This document shows positions 1-10,082 of a DNA stretch of 64,000 bases, one piece after another. The notes below the pieces were generated by a model. It was given only the letters and a program-made list of their open reading frames with translations, searched no databases and was not told the origin of the DNA. This stretch comes from an uncultured delta proteobacterium (lineage in GTDB: Bacteria > Myxococcota_A > Polyangia > Polyangiales > Polyangiaceae). The stretch lies in NCBI GenBank assembly GCA_963716725.1, contig CAVQUB010000005.1, positions 416,001 through 480,000 of the forward strand, in the 5' to 3' direction. How positions within the stretch are numbered: the first letter of the stretch is position 1; each line of letters opens with the position of its first letter. Position numbers and translations under genes: made by a program.

Positions 1-92
1 ATGCCGCCACGCCCGATGACACGCTCGACGCGATACTTGCCCGCAAACTCATATCCAGGAGTGAGCTCGCGCTGCATGAGCGCTCAGACTAG
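1..92 (+). CDS. possible 3' end of an upstream CDS (partial)
   Basis: Open frame from position 3 reads AATPDDTLDAILARKLISRSELALHERSD and ends at TAG 90-92; protein-like but too short to identify. Confidence 0.3.
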   Translation, partial: AATPDDTLDAILARKLISRSELALHERSD

Positions 93-477
93 CAAGCTCG
101 CGTGTCCGACGACATGATTGACATCAGGATTGAGGTTTTCGCGCGCGCGACCGTTCACCGGGTACAAGCGGGCTTTTGTCGCTAGCCACTCATAGGCGCA
201 TGGGTGGGCCAAACGGGAGCACAGGTGGAGAGGTGCCCGGCTGAACGCTGAATCCGCCCACGGTCCCCGTCGCGGGCAGTATCGGGCACACGTCTGCCCT
301 GTGCCCGACCCGGCGCGACCCGCGCGCGCGGTGTCAAGCCGAGGATCCCCCTGCGAGGACCACGAAGCGCGTCGGGCAGAGTGCACGCGACGATCATGCC
401 AGAAATACCTCGTGCACGGCGCCAGCGCGCGGCGATCTCGACGCGGTCGTCCAGTTGCATCAAGGTGCGAGCCGAGG

Positions 478-936
478 ATGACCGGAAGCAAGTACTCGCA
501 CGCCGACGAACGTGAGCAGACGTTCCGCGACGGCGAACTCATCGTGGAGGAAGGCGACCACTCTCGCGATATGTTCGTGATCCAGTCGGGGAGCGTTCGG
601 ATCACCAAGCACGCAGGCGACCAGAGAGTGGAACTGGCGCGCTTGGAGCGAGGCGATTTCTTCGGGGAGATGTCGCTGCTAGAGTCGCTTCCGCGTGACG
701 CCAGCGCGCACGCGGTTGGAGAGACGCGGCTCTTGGTGATCGGCGCGAGCGCGCTCCTTGTCAGAGTGCGACGCGACCCGACCTTCGCCTTCGAGATGCT
801 GCGACGCCTGAGCGGTCGGGTTCGACAGCTGAACGCGCGCTGGATCCAGGTCCTAGAGGAGAGCGGTGCTCCCAGGTCCGTCTCCAGCATGCTCTACGCC
901 GCCAGCTCCGATCGCGACGACCAAGGCTCGTCGTGA
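478..936 (+). CDS. stand-alone cyclic-nucleotide-binding domain protein
   Basis: cNMP-binding motifs 'IVEEGDHSRDMFVIQSGSVRI' and 'GDFFGEMSLLESLPRDASAHA'; no C-terminal HTH; ATG at 478 after GAGG. Confidence 0.85.
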   Translation: MTGSKYSHADEREQTFRDGELIVEEGDHSRDMFVIQSGSVRITKHAGDQRVELARLERGDFFGEMSLLESLPRDASAHAVGETRLLVIGASALLVRVRRDPTFAFEMLRRLSGRVRQLNARWIQVLEESGAPRSVSSMLYAASSDRDDQGSS

Positions 937-1658
937 TCATCGACGCGACGCTCGACCGCGTCCTGGTGGTCTCCGACTTGCACATCGGCAACCCGTTCTC
1001 CGAGGCGAGCCGGTCCTTCGGCAGGTTCCTCGACCACGCTGAGCGCGAACGCTTCCACGTCTGCATCAACGGCGATGGTCTCGAGATCCTGCAGACGAGC
1101 TTCGCGAACCTCGCCAACGACGCCTCCGAAGTGATCCGTCGAGTCCGCTCGCTGCTCGCGCGGGGCCTGTCCGTCTACTATGTGGTCGGTAACCACGACA
1201 TCGTGCTCGAGCACTACCTGGAGAGCTGGGCGGAGATCCGCATCTGCCCTTTCCTCAACCTGCGCTCGGGCGACCGGCGCATCCGCGTCGAGCACGGACA
1301 CCTGTATGACCCGTTCTTCGTCGGCCATCCGCGGCTGTACGAGGCGCTCACGCGGGCCGCCGGCCCGCTCTTGCGAGTCTACCCCGACGTGTACAAGCTC
1401 TGGTCCGCCTTCGAGAATCTGAAGGATCGGAGGGCGCGGCATACCGATGGCGCCGAGCAGTCCGCGTACCACGCAGCCGCAGAAATGCTCTTGCGAAGGG
1501 GTTTCGACGCAGTGGTCTTCGGTCACACGCACCGCGCGGAGCAAGTGGAGATCGCGCCCGGTCAGCTCTACGTGAACTCGGGCAACTGGATGCACGGCGG
1601 CACGTACGTCGAGATCGTCGAGGGGAACGTGGAGCTGCGGACCTGGCTGAACGGCTGA
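933..1658 (+). CDS. calcineurin-like metallophosphoesterase, LpxH/UDP-2,3-diacylglucosamine diphosphatase-like
   Basis: SDLHIG, GD, GNHD, HGH and FGHTH motifs plus 'YVNSGNW'; GTGA overlap with the upstream gene. Confidence 0.85.
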   Translation: MIIDATLDRVLVVSDLHIGNPFSEASRSFGRFLDHAERERFHVCINGDGLEILQTSFANLANDASEVIRRVRSLLARGLSVYYVVGNHDIVLEHYLESWAEIRICPFLNLRSGDRRIRVEHGHLYDPFFVGHPRLYEALTRAAGPLLRVYPDVYKLWSAFENLKDRRARHTDGAEQSAYHAAAEMLLRRGFDAVVFGHTHRAEQVEIAPGQLYVNSGNWMHGGTYVEIVEGNVELRTWLNG

Positions 1659-1729
1659 AGAACACTGCTAGATCGACGTCAGCTGCGCCCCCGGCTTCTG
1701 CAGCGCAACGACGAATACATACGGGCGCC

Positions 1730-2653
<924 letters not shown>

Positions 2654-2782
2654 GGTGCCGAGACGCTACACTGGAAGCCGCGCTCCTCGCTTGCGCTCAT
2701 CCGGGGGTGGGCACGGGTGGGCAGGGGTTTGCCCGTCTCGTCGACCAGAAACGCGATCTGCTCGCGTCGCTCCGGGGGTTGC

Positions 2783-3487
2783 TCAGACGCCGCGAAGCCG
2801 CTTGCTGAGTCGGCCCATCGCGCGGGTGTGAAGGCGACTTGCCCAGCTCTTGCTGAGCCCCAGCTCCTGCGCCACCCGATCGAATCGCTCACCTTCGAGG
2901 TAGTGGCGGCGAACGAGCTCCGCTTCTTCCTTGGGCAGGCCGCTGATGGTGTCCCGCACGATCGCCATGATCTCGGCGCGAGCCGTGGCTTCTTCCGGTC
3001 CGTCGCCTTGGTCGATGGCTGCCGCTTCGCCTTCTTCGCCGTGACCGGTGGTGGCGATCAGGCCCATCGCGACGGCGGTCGCCATGCCCGCGAGGTGGTC
3101 CGCGAGGGCGGCATCGGCGTCGGCTCGGGTCGTGCCCGGGGCCGGCGGCGCCGAGAGGTCGTCGAGCGCGCCCTCACTGTGGCGCGACCCTGCGGCGAGG
3201 CCCTCGAGCCGAGCGTGAATGCGCCGCGGTAGACGGGCCATGCCGCGAACGCCGTCCAAGATCGAGCCCTTCACCCGGAAGTTGGCGTACGAGCGAAAGG
3301 GGACCCCGCGCTCCGGATCGTAGCGGCGTGCCGCGTCGAGCAGACCCTCGCGACCGAAGCTCACCAGCTCTCCCAGCTCCGCGTTGGACCCGACGGTCCG
3401 GAGAACCTGCTTCGCCAGGATCTCGACCAGCTCCAGCTCGCCCTGAAAACGGGCCAGAACCTCCGGCGGATCGTCCGTCTTTTTCAC
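2783..3487 (-). CDS. RNA polymerase sigma-70 factor, FliA/WhiG family
   Basis: Region 2 'GLLDAARRYDPERGVPFRSYANFRVKGSILDG' and region 4 'VAQELGLSKSWASRLHTRAM'. Confidence 0.9.
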   Translation of the reverse strand: MKKTDDPPEVLARFQGELELVEILAKQVLRTVGSNAELGELVSFGREGLLDAARRYDPERGVPFRSYANFRVKGSILDGVRGMARLPRRIHARLEGLAAGSRHSEGALDDLSAPPAPGTTRADADAALADHLAGMATAVAMGLIATTGHGEEGEAAAIDQGDGPEEATARAEIMAIVRDTISGLPKEEAELVRRHYLEGERFDRVAQELGLSKSWASRLHTRAMGRLSKRLRGV

Positions 3488-3578
3488 CCGGCGCCCAGCG
3501 TAGCAACAAACCGCCGGCCCCCGGTAGGCGTACGCGCTGCCCGGTGCCCTTCTGCTGAAGCTGTGGCATAGTCCCGGC

Positions 3579-4166
3579 GTGTCGCGTTGGGGCCAATTCG
3601 CGCTCGCCTACGCCTTCCTCGGGGTCTTGGCCGCGGTGATGGCGGTGGTCTTGCGTGCTGGGTCACCCTTCACGCATCCGGCGCCGCTGTTGACCCTGGC
3701 CGAGCCGGCTCGCCACTCCTACAGCGTGATGATGGGACTCACCGTCGGCGCCCTGATCGTGGTGTCGACGAGGCTCAGCGTCGCCCGCTTCGAGTGGGCG
3801 AGGCGCTTGCACCGCGAGCTGCGCCCGGTCGCGAGCGTGATGAGCACCCAGGGCATCATCGCCCTCGCTTTGCTGAGCGCCGTCGGCGAAGAGCTGTTGT
3901 TCCGCGGGCTGCTGCAACCGTGGGTGGGCATCCTTCCCCAAGCCGTCCTGTTCGGGTTCTTGCATCAGATCCGCGGCAGCAGTCGCTACGTGTGGATGGC
4001 CTGGGCGACCGCCGTCGGTCTGGTGCTCGGGGCGATCTTTCACGTCACCGGATCGCTGCTCGGGCCCATCGCGGCCCATGCGCTGGTGAACGGGCTCAAT
4101 CTCGCGTACCTCCGGCGCCACGATCCGACCCCCGCCCGTCGAGCGCTCGGCGGCCTGCTCGGCTGA
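3579..4166 (+). CDS. CPBP (CAAX protease/Rce1-like) intramembrane glutamic endopeptidase
   Basis: EELLFRG, FGFLH and 'AHALVN' motifs with multiple TM segments. Confidence 0.9.
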   Translation: MSRWGQFALAYAFLGVLAAVMAVVLRAGSPFTHPAPLLTLAEPARHSYSVMMGLTVGALIVVSTRLSVARFEWARRLHRELRPVASVMSTQGIIALALLSAVGEELLFRGLLQPWVGILPQAVLFGFLHQIRGSSRYVWMAWATAVGLVLGAIFHVTGSLLGPIAAHALVNGLNLAYLRRHDPTPARRALGGLLG

Positions 4167-4179
4167 GAACGAACGGGTC

Positions 4180-5997
4180 ATGCGCGCTCTGTGCACGCAC
4201 GCAGATCGCTGCGTCGGGTGTCCGCTCATCACGCTGGACTACGCCGATCAGCTCGCGCGCAAGGCGACGCTGCTCGTCGCCTCGGTGTCGCTCTACCCGT
4301 CACTGGCACGGGTTCCAATCGAGAGCGTCGCCGCGGCCGATCCCATCACCGGCTATCGGGTGAGGGCCAAGCTCGTGGTGGGGGCGGGTGGTGCCGTTGG
4401 CCTGTTCGGATCCGACGATCACCAGGTGATCGATCTTCCCGAGTGTCGCGTGCTCACGGCGGAGGTGGCCGCCACTGTCGCGGTGCTCCGCGAGTTGATT
4501 CGAAACCCGCCCCCGGGCAGCGGAGCCACGCTGATCCCGCGGGCCGACGGCGGCGCGCTCGTCGCCATCGACGTCCGCGAAGCCCGCGTCGGGCACGCCC
4601 GAACTCTGGTGTCGCTGATCGTCGATGCGCGGCGCGGCGGCTCCGAGGCCCAGGCGCTCGCGGCCGCCGAGGCCGTCGTCGCCGCGGACCCGTCCGTGGT
4701 GGCGGTTGCGCTCAGCAAGCACGCCCAGGGCCCCCGAGTGCTTGGCGGGGCGCCGCGCCTTTTGCTCGGCCAAGGCGAGGTCGAAGACGAAATCGGGGGC
4801 GTCGCTCACTTCGCGGCGCCCGGGGCCTTCGTTCAGACCCACCGCGGGCAGGCGGCGGCGCTGCACCGCGAGATCTGCGCGGCGCTGGGCTCCACCCTGG
4901 GGCGCTTGGACGGAAAGAAAGTCTACGATCTCTACGGCGGCTCCGGGGCCATCGGTCTTGCGTTGGCGAAGGCGGGCGCGAGCGTGACCGTGGTCGAGTC
5001 CTACGCTCCGGCGGCGCGCCTGGCGAAGCTCGCGGGTCTCGACGTGAGTCTGGACGACGCCGCGATCTTCAACGCGTCGGGCAGCGTGGATGGGATCGTC
5101 GTCGACCCGCCGCGTCGGGGCCTGTGCGCGCGAGTGCGCGCAGCCGTTGCCAGGGCGCGTCCTCGGGCCATCGTCTACGTGTCCTGCGACGCCGACACGC
5201 TCAGCCGCGATCTGGATGCATTCGTGCTGCTCGGATACGCGCCCACGCGCCTCCGACCCTTCGACATGATCCCACTCTCGGAACACGTCGAGATCATGGC
5301 GCTGCTCGAACCTGCTGTGCGCCCGGCGCCCAGCGTACTCTTCGAGAACGACGAAATCGTGGTCATCGACAAGCCGGCGCACGAACCCACTACCCCCCAA
5401 GGCGAGCATGCGTCGAGCTTGCTCGAACGTGTCCGCGCGCTCCCAGGGTGCGAGGGCGCCGCGCCGCTGCATCGCCTCGACTTGGAGACCAGCGGGGTCA
5501 ACGTGTTCGCGAAATCAGGTGAGAGTGCGGCTCGCTGGCAACGAGCGTTCGCGAGCACTCGCAAGCGATACTTCGCTCTGGTCCGGGGCGTCACTCGGCC
5601 GAAGGGCGCGGTGAATCGTCCACTCGTGGACGCGGGGCGACAGCGTCCCGCACACACCCGCTACCATCGTCTCGAAGTGGCCGGTGGGCACAGCCTGCTC
5701 GAGGTCGAGCCGCGTGAGGGCAAGAAGCATCAGATCCGGCGCCACTTGGCTGGCCTCGGGCATCCCGTCGTCGGTGACGGCCGCTACGGGCACTCCCCGA
5801 CGAACCGGCACTTCGCGGAGAAACACGGCCTCGACCGCCAGCTCTTGCACCTCGGGAGGTTGGAGCTCGCGGCGCCTTCCGGCGCCTCGCCGATCGTCAT
5901 TTCGAGCCCGCTTCCGGGCGCCTTCATTGCAGTCCTGCAACGCTTGTCTTTCCGAAGTGTGCCCTCCGGCGGCGCTTCGAAGGACGAGGAACTCTAG
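4180..5997 (+). CDS. fusion: RlmD/TrmA-type RNA m5U methyltransferase + RluA-family pseudouridine synthase
   Basis: N-terminal C..H...CxGC Fe-S motif, 'FVQ', 'DLYGGSG', 'DPPRRGL', 'YVSC', 'FDMIPLSEHVE'; then 'VIDKPA', 'HRLDLETSG', 'GKKHQIRRHL..GHPVVGDGRYG', 'QLLH'. Confidence 0.9.
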   Translation: MRALCTHADRCVGCPLITLDYADQLARKATLLVASVSLYPSLARVPIESVAAADPITGYRVRAKLVVGAGGAVGLFGSDDHQVIDLPECRVLTAEVAATVAVLRELIRNPPPGSGATLIPRADGGALVAIDVREARVGHARTLVSLIVDARRGGSEAQALAAAEAVVAADPSVVAVALSKHAQGPRVLGGAPRLLLGQGEVEDEIGGVAHFAAPGAFVQTHRGQAAALHREICAALGSTLGRLDGKKVYDLYGGSGAIGLALAKAGASVTVVESYAPAARLAKLAGLDVSLDDAAIFNASGSVDGIVVDPPRRGLCARVRAAVARARPRAIVYVSCDADTLSRDLDAFVLLGYAPTRLRPFDMIPLSEHVEIMALLEPAVRPAPSVLFENDEIVVIDKPAHEPTTPQGEHASSLLERVRALPGCEGAAPLHRLDLETSGVNVFAKSGESAARWQRAFASTRKRYFALVRGVTRPKGAVNRPLVDAGRQRPAHTRYHRLEVAGGHSLLEVEPREGKKHQIRRHLAGLGHPVVGDGRYGHSPTNRHFAEKHGLDRQLLHLGRLELAAPSGASPIVISSPLPGAFIAVLQRLSFRSVPSGGASKDEEL

Positions 5998-6035
5998 CGG
6001 CGATATTCTGTTACTCTACGAGTCCGTTCACGGCG

Positions 6036-7562
6036 ATGACACAGATCGATCTCGGACCGCTCGACGAACGACCGCGAGTGCTCGTCGTCGACGACGAAAA
6101 GTTCATTCGCGACATCCTGGCTGACTTCCTGGGAATGGAGGGCTACATCGTGCGCACGGCAGAGGACGGCTCCGCCGCCGTGGCCGAGCTGTCGCGAGCG
6201 AGCTACGACATCGTCATCAGCGATCTGAAGATGCCGCGCATGGGTGGGCTCGAGCTTTTGAAGGAGCTCTCGCACGCACACCCGGACACCATCGCGGTGA
6301 TCATGACCGGATTCGGCACCGTCGAAACCGCGATCGACGCCATGAAGCGCGGCGCTTACGACTACATTCTCAAGCCCTTCAAGGTCGAGGAGATTATCCA
6401 CATCGTGCAGCGTGGCCTCGAGAAGCGGCGTCTCGCGGCCGAGAACCTGCGCCTTCGGGAGGCCCTGTCGCTGTACAAGGTGAGCGAGGCCATCGCCGCC
6501 AGCCTGTCGATGGACGAGGTCATCGCCACCATCACCGACAGCAGCCTGCACGAGCTGCGCGCCGACGTCGTCTCGACCTGGCTCGATGATGGTGAAGGCA
6601 GCTTCTTCGAGCGCAGTAACAACCGCAGCTCGCAGCTGCCCAGCGGCGAGTCCATCGGCCACTTCATGCCCGACGCCGTGGTGGCGCGTCTCGAGCAAGG
6701 CGGCCCCATCGTAGAGCACGAAGCTCGGGCCGCAGAGCTGTTTGCGGAGCTGCCGAGTCGCCCGGTTTCCAGCGTGGCCGTCGTGCCGATGAAGACGACC
6801 CGGGGCAGCCCCCAGGGTGGAATGCGCGAGCGCTTGATCGGCTGGGTTGGCGTGGTGTCACTGACCTCGAGCCGTCGTTTCGACGAAGGCCAGCGCAAGC
6901 TGCTCAGCATCTTGGCGTCGCGCGCGGCTGCGGCCATCGAGAACGCCCGCCTGTACGAGGATCTGCAAGCGACCTTCAAGCAGACCATCAAGAGCCTTGC
7001 CCGAACCATCGACAAGATGGACCGCTACACTGCCGGGCACTCGGAGCGTGTGGCGCTCTACGCTGTGGCTCTCGCGCGTTGGTTGGGCCTGGGCGAAGAC
7101 AAAATCGAGGTGGTGCGGCACTCCGCGCTGATGCACGACATCGGCAAGGTCGGCTGCGTGATGAACCTCAACAAACCTGGGAAGCTCACCCAAGACGAGT
7201 ACGAGATCTTCAAGAAGCACCCGGTGTACGGCCGCGAGATCCTGGACCCGATCAAGTTCCTCGAGCCCGTCATCCCCGGCGTCTACCTGCACCACGAGCG
7301 CTGGGACGGCCGCGGCTATCCGATCGGGCTCGCGGGCAACGACATCCCGCTGGTCGCGCGCATCATTTCCATCGCCGATACCTACGACGCGATGACCAGC
7401 GATCGCGCTTACCGCCGGGCGTTGCCCCACGAGGTCACCGTCAACGAGATCACTCGCTGCTCGGGATCGCAGTTCGATCCCGATCTCACCGGGACCTTCA
7501 CGGAGAAGATAGAGGTCCTGCGCGAAGAGATGCAGGACTCCGGCGAGAACATCCCGGAATGA
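6036..7562 (+). CDS. response regulator with REC-GAF-HD-GYP domains (cyclic dinucleotide phosphodiesterase)
   Basis: REC 'VLVVDD..DLKMP..KPF'; GAF ending 'AAAIENARLYE'; 'HSERV', 'HDIGK', 'HHERWDGRGYP'. Confidence 0.93.
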   Translation: MTQIDLGPLDERPRVLVVDDEKFIRDILADFLGMEGYIVRTAEDGSAAVAELSRASYDIVISDLKMPRMGGLELLKELSHAHPDTIAVIMTGFGTVETAIDAMKRGAYDYILKPFKVEEIIHIVQRGLEKRRLAAENLRLREALSLYKVSEAIAASLSMDEVIATITDSSLHELRADVVSTWLDDGEGSFFERSNNRSSQLPSGESIGHFMPDAVVARLEQGGPIVEHEARAAELFAELPSRPVSSVAVVPMKTTRGSPQGGMRERLIGWVGVVSLTSSRRFDEGQRKLLSILASRAAAAIENARLYEDLQATFKQTIKSLARTIDKMDRYTAGHSERVALYAVALARWLGLGEDKIEVVRHSALMHDIGKVGCVMNLNKPGKLTQDEYEIFKKHPVYGREILDPIKFLEPVIPGVYLHHERWDGRGYPIGLAGNDIPLVARIISIADTYDAMTSDRAYRRALPHEVTVNEITRCSGSQFDPDLTGTFTEKIEVLREEMQDSGENIPE

Positions 7563-8290
7563 CCCGGCGTCGGCAGCTCCATGGGCGTTGGCTCGGACGC
7601 CGGCGCTACGAGGAAGTGCACGAGCTCCAACAGCGGCTGCACGCGGCGCGACAGGCCGACGAGATCCCCGACACCGTGCTCTTGCTCGAGCACGATCCGG
7701 TCATCACGCTCGGGCGCGGCGCCAAGGCCGAGAACGTGCTTGCACCCCGGGAGCTGCTCGAGGCCGCGGGGGTGGATCTGGTCGAGACGGCGCGCGGCGG
7801 TGACGTGACCCTGCACGCTCCGGGACAGCTCGTGGTCTACCCGATCCTGAGCTTGTCGCCGGATCGGCAGGACGTGCGCCGCTACGTCCGCGACTTGGCC
7901 GAGACCATGCGGCGCCTGGCCGCGCGTCACGAGATCGACGCCGGCCCAGTCGAGGGCCTGATCGGGGTCTGGGTCGACAAGAAGTCGCCGCGGGAGTTTC
8001 GAGGCCCCAGCCACGCGCTCTCCCTGGCGAAGCTCGGGGCCATCGGGGTGCGCATCTCGCGCTGGGTTACGATGCACGGCTTCGCCTTCAACCTCACCAC
8101 CAACCTGGAGCTCTTCGGGATGATCGTGCCCTGTGGCATTGCCGCGCATGGTGTGACGAGTGTTCAAGACCTGACCGGGAGATCCCCAGCGGCGGCCGAC
8201 GAAGCCGAGCACGCGCTCGAAATCCTGGCTGCGGTGCTCGACGCCGACGTGGCCAGCTACGAGGATCACGCTGGCGAGCCGCTGGGTTGA
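7559..8290 (+). CDS. lipB: lipoyl(octanoyl) transferase
   Basis: 'LLEHDPVITLGR', 'RGGDVTLHAPGQLVVYPI', 'KLGAIGVRISRWVTMHGFAFN'; ATGA overlap with the upstream gene. Confidence 0.93.
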   Translation: MTRRRQLHGRWLGRRRYEEVHELQQRLHAARQADEIPDTVLLLEHDPVITLGRGAKAENVLAPRELLEAAGVDLVETARGGDVTLHAPGQLVVYPILSLSPDRQDVRRYVRDLAETMRRLAARHEIDAGPVEGLIGVWVDKKSPREFRGPSHALSLAKLGAIGVRISRWVTMHGFAFNLTTNLELFGMIVPCGIAAHGVTSVQDLTGRSPAAADEAEHALEILAAVLDADVASYEDHAGEPLG

Positions 8291-10072
8291 CTACTTCTTG
8301 TTGCACTTGCCGAGCCAACAGGGCACCCCGATCGGGCACTTGACCCCGCACATGCCGCAGTTGTTGTAGTCGACCTGCGTGTTCACGCAGCTGCCCTTGC
8401 AGAACGCGCGCCCTGCCTGCGCGTTGCAATCCGTACAGCTGCCGTGCAAGCACATGTGACCCACCGGGCAAGCATTGCCGCACTTCCCGCAGTGCGCGCT
8501 GGCGAGCGACAGGTTGAAGCACCCCTGGCCGCACTGCGCCTGCCCCTCGTGGCAGGCGCAGACTCCCCCGGTGCAGGCGAAGTTTCCTGAGCAATCGGTC
8601 TCGACAGTGCACTTGGCGCCGAGGCCGACCGGCGGGATCACGACCGGCGTTTCGGATTTCGCCGTGGGTTCGGCGGGTGCAGTCGCCGACGGTGCCGGCG
8701 CGGGTGCTGCGTCGGAGTCGGTGGCGCGCTGTGGCCTGGCGGTGCCGGACTTGGCAACTCCGCTTGCGACAGCGATGGGCTCGCCGACCTCCACCGCGGT
8801 CGCGCTCGCGGTTGGATCGCTACCAGGCGCGCCGCCGTCTCGGGATTCGACCTTGGCTTGCTCGTCGAACATGCCGCTCTGGAACGCGAAGTAGCCGCCG
8901 GCGCCGAGCGCCAAGGCCAGCCCGCCGATCAGGCCGAGCGCGAGCAAGACCAGGAGCAGCTTCGAACCCCTGCGCCGCGGTTGATTGGCGGGGCCGGGCT
9001 GGGGGATGAAGGCCGTGGGCGCCGGGCCGGCGAACGTAGGCGGGTAGCCCAGCGATGCCGGCGCTTGGGACACTGGCGGGTAGCCCAGCGATGCCGGCGC
9101 TTGGGACACTGGCGGGTAGCCCAGCGATGCCGGCGCTTGGGACACTGGCGGGTGGTCCAGCGACGCGGGCGCGAGCGGCATCACCGCCGACGGGGCCGGG
9201 GCGACGGCGACCGCCGAGGTCGCGAGCCAGTGGTCCAGCGCGCGCCCCATTTCTTCGGCGCTGGCGAAGCGCTGATCTCGATTCGGCGCCATGCCTCGGG
9301 CGATGATCTGCACGAGGCCCGGGTGCAAATCAGGGCGCTGCGAGTCGAGGGGAATGACGGCGCCGGACAGGATTGCTTCGAGCAAGGCGTCGGCGGTGGT
9401 CGCCGCGAACGGGCTCTTGCCGGTGAGCGCGCGGTACAGCGTCACGGCGGTCGAGTACAGGTCGGCGCGCCCGTCGAGGTCGCCGCCGGTGGCCTGCTCG
9501 GGAGACATGTAGAGCGCAGTGCCGATCACCATGCCCGCTTGGGTGATCTGCCGTCCCGACGCGAGCTTCGCGATGCCGAAGTCGAGGACCTTGGCGATCT
9601 CGCCGAGAGTCGGCGATGTCGTGAGAAACACATTCCCGGGTTTGATGTCCCGATGCAGGATGCCCGCCTGGTGGGCCGCGGCGAGGGCCGAGAGCACGTG
9701 CACGCCGATGCGTGCTGCACGCGCGGCTGCCAGCGGGCCGTCGCGTTTCAGCGTGGCCGCGAGCGTCTCTCCGGACAGGAGCTCCATCACCAAGAACGGC
9801 GGCTCGCCTGCGGGCGCTTGGAAGTCGAAGATCTGGATGATGTGCGGGTTGCCGAGGGCGGCGGCCGAGCGAGCTTCACGCTCGAAGCGCGCGAGGGCCT
9901 CGGCGCGGGCATCCGGCGCGAGATCGCTGTGCACCAGCTTGATGGCGACCCGGCGCCCGAGGTCTTCCTGGTGGGCCTCGAGCACCACGCCCATGCCCCC
10001 GCGACCGAGCAGCCGTCCGAGCCGGTAGCGCCCCCCGAGCAGGCGTCCTTCGAGGTCAGCGGGGCCCGTCAT
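8291..10072 (-). CDS. membrane Ser/Thr protein kinase with Pro-rich linker, TM helix and Cys-rich extracytoplasmic domain
   Basis: GRGGMGVV, VAIK, HRDIKPGN, DFGIAK, YMSPEQ; TM 'LLLVLLALGLIGGLALAL'; C-terminal 'HCGKCGNAC'/'NCGMCGVKC' repeats. Confidence 0.95.
   Translation of the reverse strand: MTGPADLEGRLLGGRYRLGRLLGRGGMGVVLEAHQEDLGRRVAIKLVHSDLAPDARAEALARFEREARSAAALGNPHIIQIFDFQAPAGEPPFLVMELLSGETLAATLKRDGPLAAARAARIGVHVLSALAAAHQAGILHRDIKPGNVFLTTSPTLGEIAKVLDFGIAKLASGRQITQAGMVIGTALYMSPEQATGGDLDGRADLYSTAVTLYRALTGKSPFAATTADALLEAILSGAVIPLDSQRPDLHPGLVQIIARGMAPNRDQRFASAEEMGRALDHWLATSAVAVAPAPSAVMPLAPASLDHPPVSQAPASLGYPPVSQAPASLGYPPVSQAPASLGYPPTFAGPAPTAFIPQPGPANQPRRRGSKLLLVLLALGLIGGLALALGAGGYFAFQSGMFDEQAKVESRDGGAPGSDPTASATAVEVGEPIAVASGVAKSGTARPQRATDSDAAPAPAPSATAPAEPTAKSETPVVIPPVGLGAKCTVETDCSGNFACTGGVCACHEGQAQCGQGCFNLSLASAHCGKCGNACPVGHMCLHGSCTDCNAQAGRAFCKGSCVNTQVDYNNCGMCGVKCPIGVPCWLGKCNKK
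9039..9170. repeat. 36-bp coding tandem repeat (3 perfect copies + 1 degenerate partial)
   Basis: Unit ggcgggtagcccagcgatgccggcgcttgggacact at 9039, 9075 and 9111; encodes PASLGYPPVSQA in the kinase linker. Confidence 0.95.
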
Positions 10073-10082
10073 TCGACCTATC

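Noticed and set aside
93..477. Possible ncRNA or riboswitch in the long intergenic region
   Set aside because: No recognisable RNA-family motif or convincing structure by eye; an Infernal/Rfam scan would be needed
3579..4166. CPBP ('Abi') protein as abortive-infection defence
   Set aside because: The Abi label for this family is historical; the motifs indicate an intramembrane protease in a housekeeping context
9039..9170. 36-bp direct repeats as a CRISPR array
   Set aside because: The repeats are contiguous with no spacers, lie in frame within a kinase gene, and no cas genes are present
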